From Microcoleus sp. (GTDB taxonomy: Bacteria; Cyanobacteriota; Cyanobacteriia; Cyanobacteriales; Microcoleaceae), in the NCBI GenBank assembly GCA_052279835.1, contig CP181291.1, forward strand, positions 6,048,001-6,112,000: DNA of 64,000 nt, read 5' to 3'. A model generated the notes under the pieces. It had not been told where the DNA came from and did no database searches. It was given only the letters and a program-made list of their open reading frames with translations. Position numbers and translations under genes: made by a program. Positions 60,172 to 64,000 of the stretch are shown piece by piece (position 1 is the stretch's first letter; each line of letters begins with the position of its first letter).

Positions 60172-62604
60172 CTATTTACCTCCCACTAGCTTCATCATTT
60201 TTTTAACCAGATTTGATATCCAATCGAAGAATTGGAACAAAATATGCTTCCACTTCTGCAAGCACACAGTTAAGATTAAATAAACCAAAATATGCACGCA
60301 CAAAATTCCCCAATTTAAACTCAAATTTTCCCAAGTGGGATCGTACACAGGAGTAGGCTCAAAGGGCTGAGGAAGCGTACTCCCATCGGGCAATTTAGTA
60401 GCTACGGGAACCATGGCATTGACATTAACTAAAGAGCCATAAGCACCCACAGACCAGCGGCTTAACATCAACCAAGAAAATTTACTGGCGGCACCTTCCA
60501 TCTTAAACAAAACTCCAGAAAAGATAATCTGAGGTAGTAATAAGAGAGGTAAAGCGCTATTAGCTTGAGAGCCATTTTTGACGATGGCGGAAACCACTAA
60601 TCCGAGACTGACGCAACTAAGTAAAGTTAGAAAAGTGGTAATGCTTACTCCGACTGTCCAGGAAATTAAACTCGGTTCTGGGTGTTTAAAAGCCATCAAA
60701 ATTACGGCTACCATTAAGATGGTTTGCAATACGGCTAACCCGGACAGGATTAAAACTTTTGAACCTACATAGGCGAATAATCCTAAATTGACTAAACGTT
60801 CGCGGATATAAATAGCTGATTCTTTGACAATTTCTTGGATAGAAGTTGCCAATCCTACCCAAATGGCTGCACAGGTAAAGACAAACAAAACTCGCAAGGC
60901 TAAAGGTGCTAAAGTTGCTTCCGGTGCGCCTATTAACGGGTCTTTGTCTCTGACTGCAAGCCGCAGTAAACTAATGCCGATCGGCGCAGTTAAAAGAGCT
61001 AAACTTAAGTTAACGCCGTCGCGGCAAACTAGCTGGAAATAACGTTGAGCAAGTAGAATGAGTTGTTGGATAAAAGATACAGATTTTGGCTGGGGAGGGG
61101 GTGTGGATTTTTTGGGTGGGGTATTTGCGGTCTTGTCGATGCTGAAATGATTTTCAATGTATTGCTGATTGTAGGGAGAATTGCTAAACTTATCCGCCCA
61201 GCTTTGAACGTTGCTTTCTTCGGTTTCTAGTTCGTTGTAAATGTCGGCAAAATCACCAGTTTTAACATCAAAAAAGTCGAGGGCTGTCTGTGGTGGACCG
61301 AAGTAACAGAGGCGACCGCCACGACCCATAAATACGATACGATCGCACATGGTGATATTTGCTGTGGCGTGAGTGACTAAAATCACCGTCCGACCTTGAC
61401 TTGCCAACTTTCGCAACAGTTGCATCATCTTTTTATCCAAACCGGGGTCTAGTCCTGATGTCGGTTCGTCTAAAAAGAAGAGTTTCGGGTTGGCTAACAG
61501 TTCGACTCCGATACTAACCCGTTTGCGCTGTCCGCCACTAAGTTCTTTGACTAAAGCCTTGCTGCGGTGAGTCATTTCAATATCTTCTAAGGTTTTAGCG
61601 ACTACTTGCTTAACGTTTGTATCGGGTGGTAGACGTAGTTTAGCTGCATAGGTTAATACTTCTTCTACTTTTAAATCGGCGTGAATAATATCATCTTGAG
61701 GGACGTAACCAATTTGATTGCGATAAATATTAAAGTTTTTTCTGAGGTCGTCGCCGTTGATATAAACGATGCCGCTAGTAGTTTTTTCAATGCCTAATAG
61801 TGTCCGCATTAATGTAGATTTTCCCGCGCCACTACCGCCGACTAAGGCTACAAATTGCCCTGGTTCGATCGCTAATTTGATCCGCCTTAAACGCTTGGGA
61901 ATCACCAGACAGTCAGCATCCAAACGAATTTGATTGCCGGAGTCTTGCATCTCCAACTCGCCACTGTGGTAAATTAGAGTAAAAGGACCGATCCGAATGG
62001 CATCTCCCTCGGACAATTGTACAGAATTTGTGACTCGCTGACCGTTAACAAACACGCCGTTGGCGCTGTGGTCTCGTAAAATATAATTGCCGCGACTGTC
62101 TTGGTCAATGGTGGCGTGGCGTCTGGAAACCAGGGGGGAGTCTAATTGCAGTGCTGCATTCGGATCGCGGCCCAACAATACCGACCGATTTTTGAGGGAA
62201 ATTGACTGTTTGTTTGATGCTACAACTTGATTTGCAGTGGGGTTAAAATATGTCAGTAAAACTTGATTTTTTGGGTCAAGACCGATTTTAATTTCTGTAC
62301 CATTTTTCAGACAATAACCGTCGTTGGGAGTGATGCGCGTGCGATCGACAAATAGGCCATTAGTGCTTGGCTGTTGACCGTTACCGTCGTAAATCCAGTA
62401 ATTATCACCTACTTGGCGCAAAACAGCGTGAACGCTGGAAACTGCGCGCCAGAGTTCAGGTACGATTAAATCGGCACGAGTGCGATCGCGCCCCAATACG
62501 TGTTGCTGCTGTGTCAACTCAAACTGTACAACTTGGCCTTGACTATTTAAGACTAAATATGGTCGATTGCTTAAAGCTGTGGGTTGTCCTATGCTGCCTG
62601 TCAT
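60172..62604 (-). CDS. ABC transporter with two FHA domains, ATPase and ABC-2 permease
   Basis: Two GR...S..H...NG FHA motifs, GGSGAGKS, LSGGQ, LDEPTSGLD and C-terminal TM helices. Confidence 0.93.
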   Translation of the reverse strand: MTGSIGQPTALSNRPYLVLNSQGQVVQFELTQQQHVLGRDRTRADLIVPELWRAVSSVHAVLRQVGDNYWIYDGNGQQPSTNGLFVDRTRITPNDGYCLKNGTEIKIGLDPKNQVLLTYFNPTANQVVASNKQSISLKNRSVLLGRDPNAALQLDSPLVSRRHATIDQDSRGNYILRDHSANGVFVNGQRVTNSVQLSEGDAIRIGPFTLIYHSGELEMQDSGNQIRLDADCLVIPKRLRRIKLAIEPGQFVALVGGSGAGKSTLMRTLLGIEKTTSGIVYINGDDLRKNFNIYRNQIGYVPQDDIIHADLKVEEVLTYAAKLRLPPDTNVKQVVAKTLEDIEMTHRSKALVKELSGGQRKRVSIGVELLANPKLFFLDEPTSGLDPGLDKKMMQLLRKLASQGRTVILVTHATANITMCDRIVFMGRGGRLCYFGPPQTALDFFDVKTGDFADIYNELETEESNVQSWADKFSNSPYNQQYIENHFSIDKTANTPPKKSTPPPQPKSVSFIQQLILLAQRYFQLVCRDGVNLSLALLTAPIGISLLRLAVRDKDPLIGAPEATLAPLALRVLFVFTCAAIWVGLATSIQEIVKESAIYIRERLVNLGLFAYVGSKVLILSGLAVLQTILMVAVILMAFKHPEPSLISWTVGVSITTFLTLLSCVSLGLVVSAIVKNGSQANSALPLLLLPQIIFSGVLFKMEGAASKFSWLMLSRWSVGAYGSLVNVNAMVPVATKLPDGSTLPQPFEPTPVYDPTWENLSLNWGILCVHILVYLILTVCLQKWKHILFQFFDWISNLVKKMMKLVGGK

Positions 62605-62830
62605 ACTTCAATCGCGTTTGTGAGACTCACTTTGTTAGCATATCAAAACCTGGACAACTATAAACTTATATTAATTTGGTAGTAAAGACTTCAGTCCTTT
62701 CTCTGATTTTTGAGACAGTCCTGGACGCAATTCTCACAAGTGGTAAGGTTATCTACTATCGAGAACCCCAAAAAATTGTTAACAAAACTCACATTACGCA
62801 CCAGAAATTTTAATATTTTAGTTCAAGAAT

Positions 62831-62900
62831 AGATGTCTCCCAAACAGATATTCCACAACAGGCCCTACAGCCTGTTCCACAGGAATTATGGGGGATGTGC
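62831..62900. mobile_element. Degenerate relative of the 44281-44454 MITE
   Basis: Shares ACAGGC..GCCTGTTCCACA and AATTATGGG.GATGT. Confidence 0.5.
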
Positions 62901-63073
62901 CATCGAACTCTTTTCGGACTTACCCAGAGTTGAGAAGCTGGGTTGTCTGTGAACCCGGTTTCTTTGGTCCTATTCCATAGGTCCTATTATTTCTAGATTC
63001 TAGCGGAGGCAGTAGCTCAAGCCGCGCGATCCTGCTACGATCGAATTAGTTAACAAAACTTTGCATAACTGCC

Positions 63074-63964
63074 GTGACTACACAACAGCTAGTATCAGCC
63101 AACAGCTTAGAAAAATTAATTTGGACATGGCGCGGCCACAAAATTCAATATACAGTCCAAGGAACAGGCCGCCCTCTCATCTTAATTCACGGCTTTGGAG
63201 CTTCGATCGGACATTGGAGAAACAACATCCCCGCCCTGGCTGGTGGTGGCTATCGAGTATTCGCCCTAGACTTGCTGGGATTCGGTGCTTCTGCTAAGCC
63301 AGCTCTAGATTACAGCCTAGAGTTGTGGGAAGAATTGCTGACAGATTTTTGGAAGGAGTTGGTACAGGAACCGGCGGTGTTTGTCGGGAATTCCATCGGC
63401 GCTTTGCTGAGTTTGATGGTAGTCGCCAATCATCCCGAAATATCCGCCGGCGGAGTCTTGATTAATTGTGCTGGCGGACTCAACCACCGTCCCCAAGAAC
63501 TTAACTTTCTTCTGGGATTAGTGATGGGGACTTTTGCTCAATTAGTTCGATCGCCCATTTTTGGCCCCTTGCTATTCCACAACATCCGCCAAAAAGACCG
63601 CATCCGCAATACCCTGCGCCAAGTCTACAGCAACCAGGAAGCCATTACGGAGGAACTTGTAGAACTCCTCCACGCCCCCTCCTGCGATCCGGGAGCTCAA
63701 CAGGTTTTTGCGTCGATTCTGACAGCCCCCGCAGGTCCTCAACCGTCGGAATTGCTGCCTAAAGTCGATCGCCCGTTATTGGTGCTTTGGGGTGCAGATG
63801 ACCCCTGGACTCCGATCGCAGGTAGTAAAATTTATCAGGATTTGGCCGATAATGGGCGATCGGTCAAATTTGTTTCGATTCCCAACACAGGGCACTGTCC
63901 CCACGACGAACGCCCCACTCAAGTGAATGCTCTGATTTTGGACTGGATGACCCAGTTGAATTGA
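63074..63964 (+). CDS. Alpha/beta fold hydrolase
   Basis: HGFG, GNSIG nucleophile elbow, WGADD and GHCPHDE. Confidence 0.93.
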   Translation: MTTQQLVSANSLEKLIWTWRGHKIQYTVQGTGRPLILIHGFGASIGHWRNNIPALAGGGYRVFALDLLGFGASAKPALDYSLELWEELLTDFWKELVQEPAVFVGNSIGALLSLMVVANHPEISAGGVLINCAGGLNHRPQELNFLLGLVMGTFAQLVRSPIFGPLLFHNIRQKDRIRNTLRQVYSNQEAITEELVELLHAPSCDPGAQQVFASILTAPAGPQPSELLPKVDRPLLVLWGADDPWTPIAGSKIYQDLADNGRSVKFVSIPNTGHCPHDERPTQVNALILDWMTQLN

Positions 63965-64000
63965 TGAGTATCCCCAGCATCCCGATCCTTTGTGCCGAAG

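Overview
Chromosomal window from a filamentous cyanobacterium. HIP1 (GCGATCGC) is dense, 7-bp STRR arrays and many REP/MITE-like repeats are present, and the gene set (psb32, ccb1, pex, hik2, COP23) fits an Oscillatoriales, Microcoleus/Tychonema-like organism (inference). Most of the window is housekeeping: recQ, ftsH, lysC, mrdA, nanE, glgP, dnaK, treY/treZ, debranching enzyme, glk and an FHA-ABC transporter. Small accessory islands are interspersed: (i) a C5 DNA methyltransferase with no intact endonuclease, facing an uncharacterised two-gene module whose smaller product shows an R-S-H ADP-ribosyltransferase-like motif pattern; (ii) a Dam-like MTase plus PD-(D/E)XK nuclease R-M pair; (iii) three toxin-antitoxin modules upstream of dnaK, one an unannotated MITE-truncated mazEF relic, separated by related HIP1-rich boundary repeats; (iv) a COP23 / two trypsin-like proteases / Cys-rich secreted protein cluster; (v) a TPR gene and an FG-GAP/RTX gene with recent tandem repeats. 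An intergenic 23-bp-arm perfect hairpin lies between two convergent sigma70-like promoters. mrdA, glgP and glk are each broken by a single extra base in a short homopolymer, most likely sequencing errors. I recognised no rRNA, tRNA, CRISPR array, integrase or intact transposase. All family assignments are by eye, without database searches.
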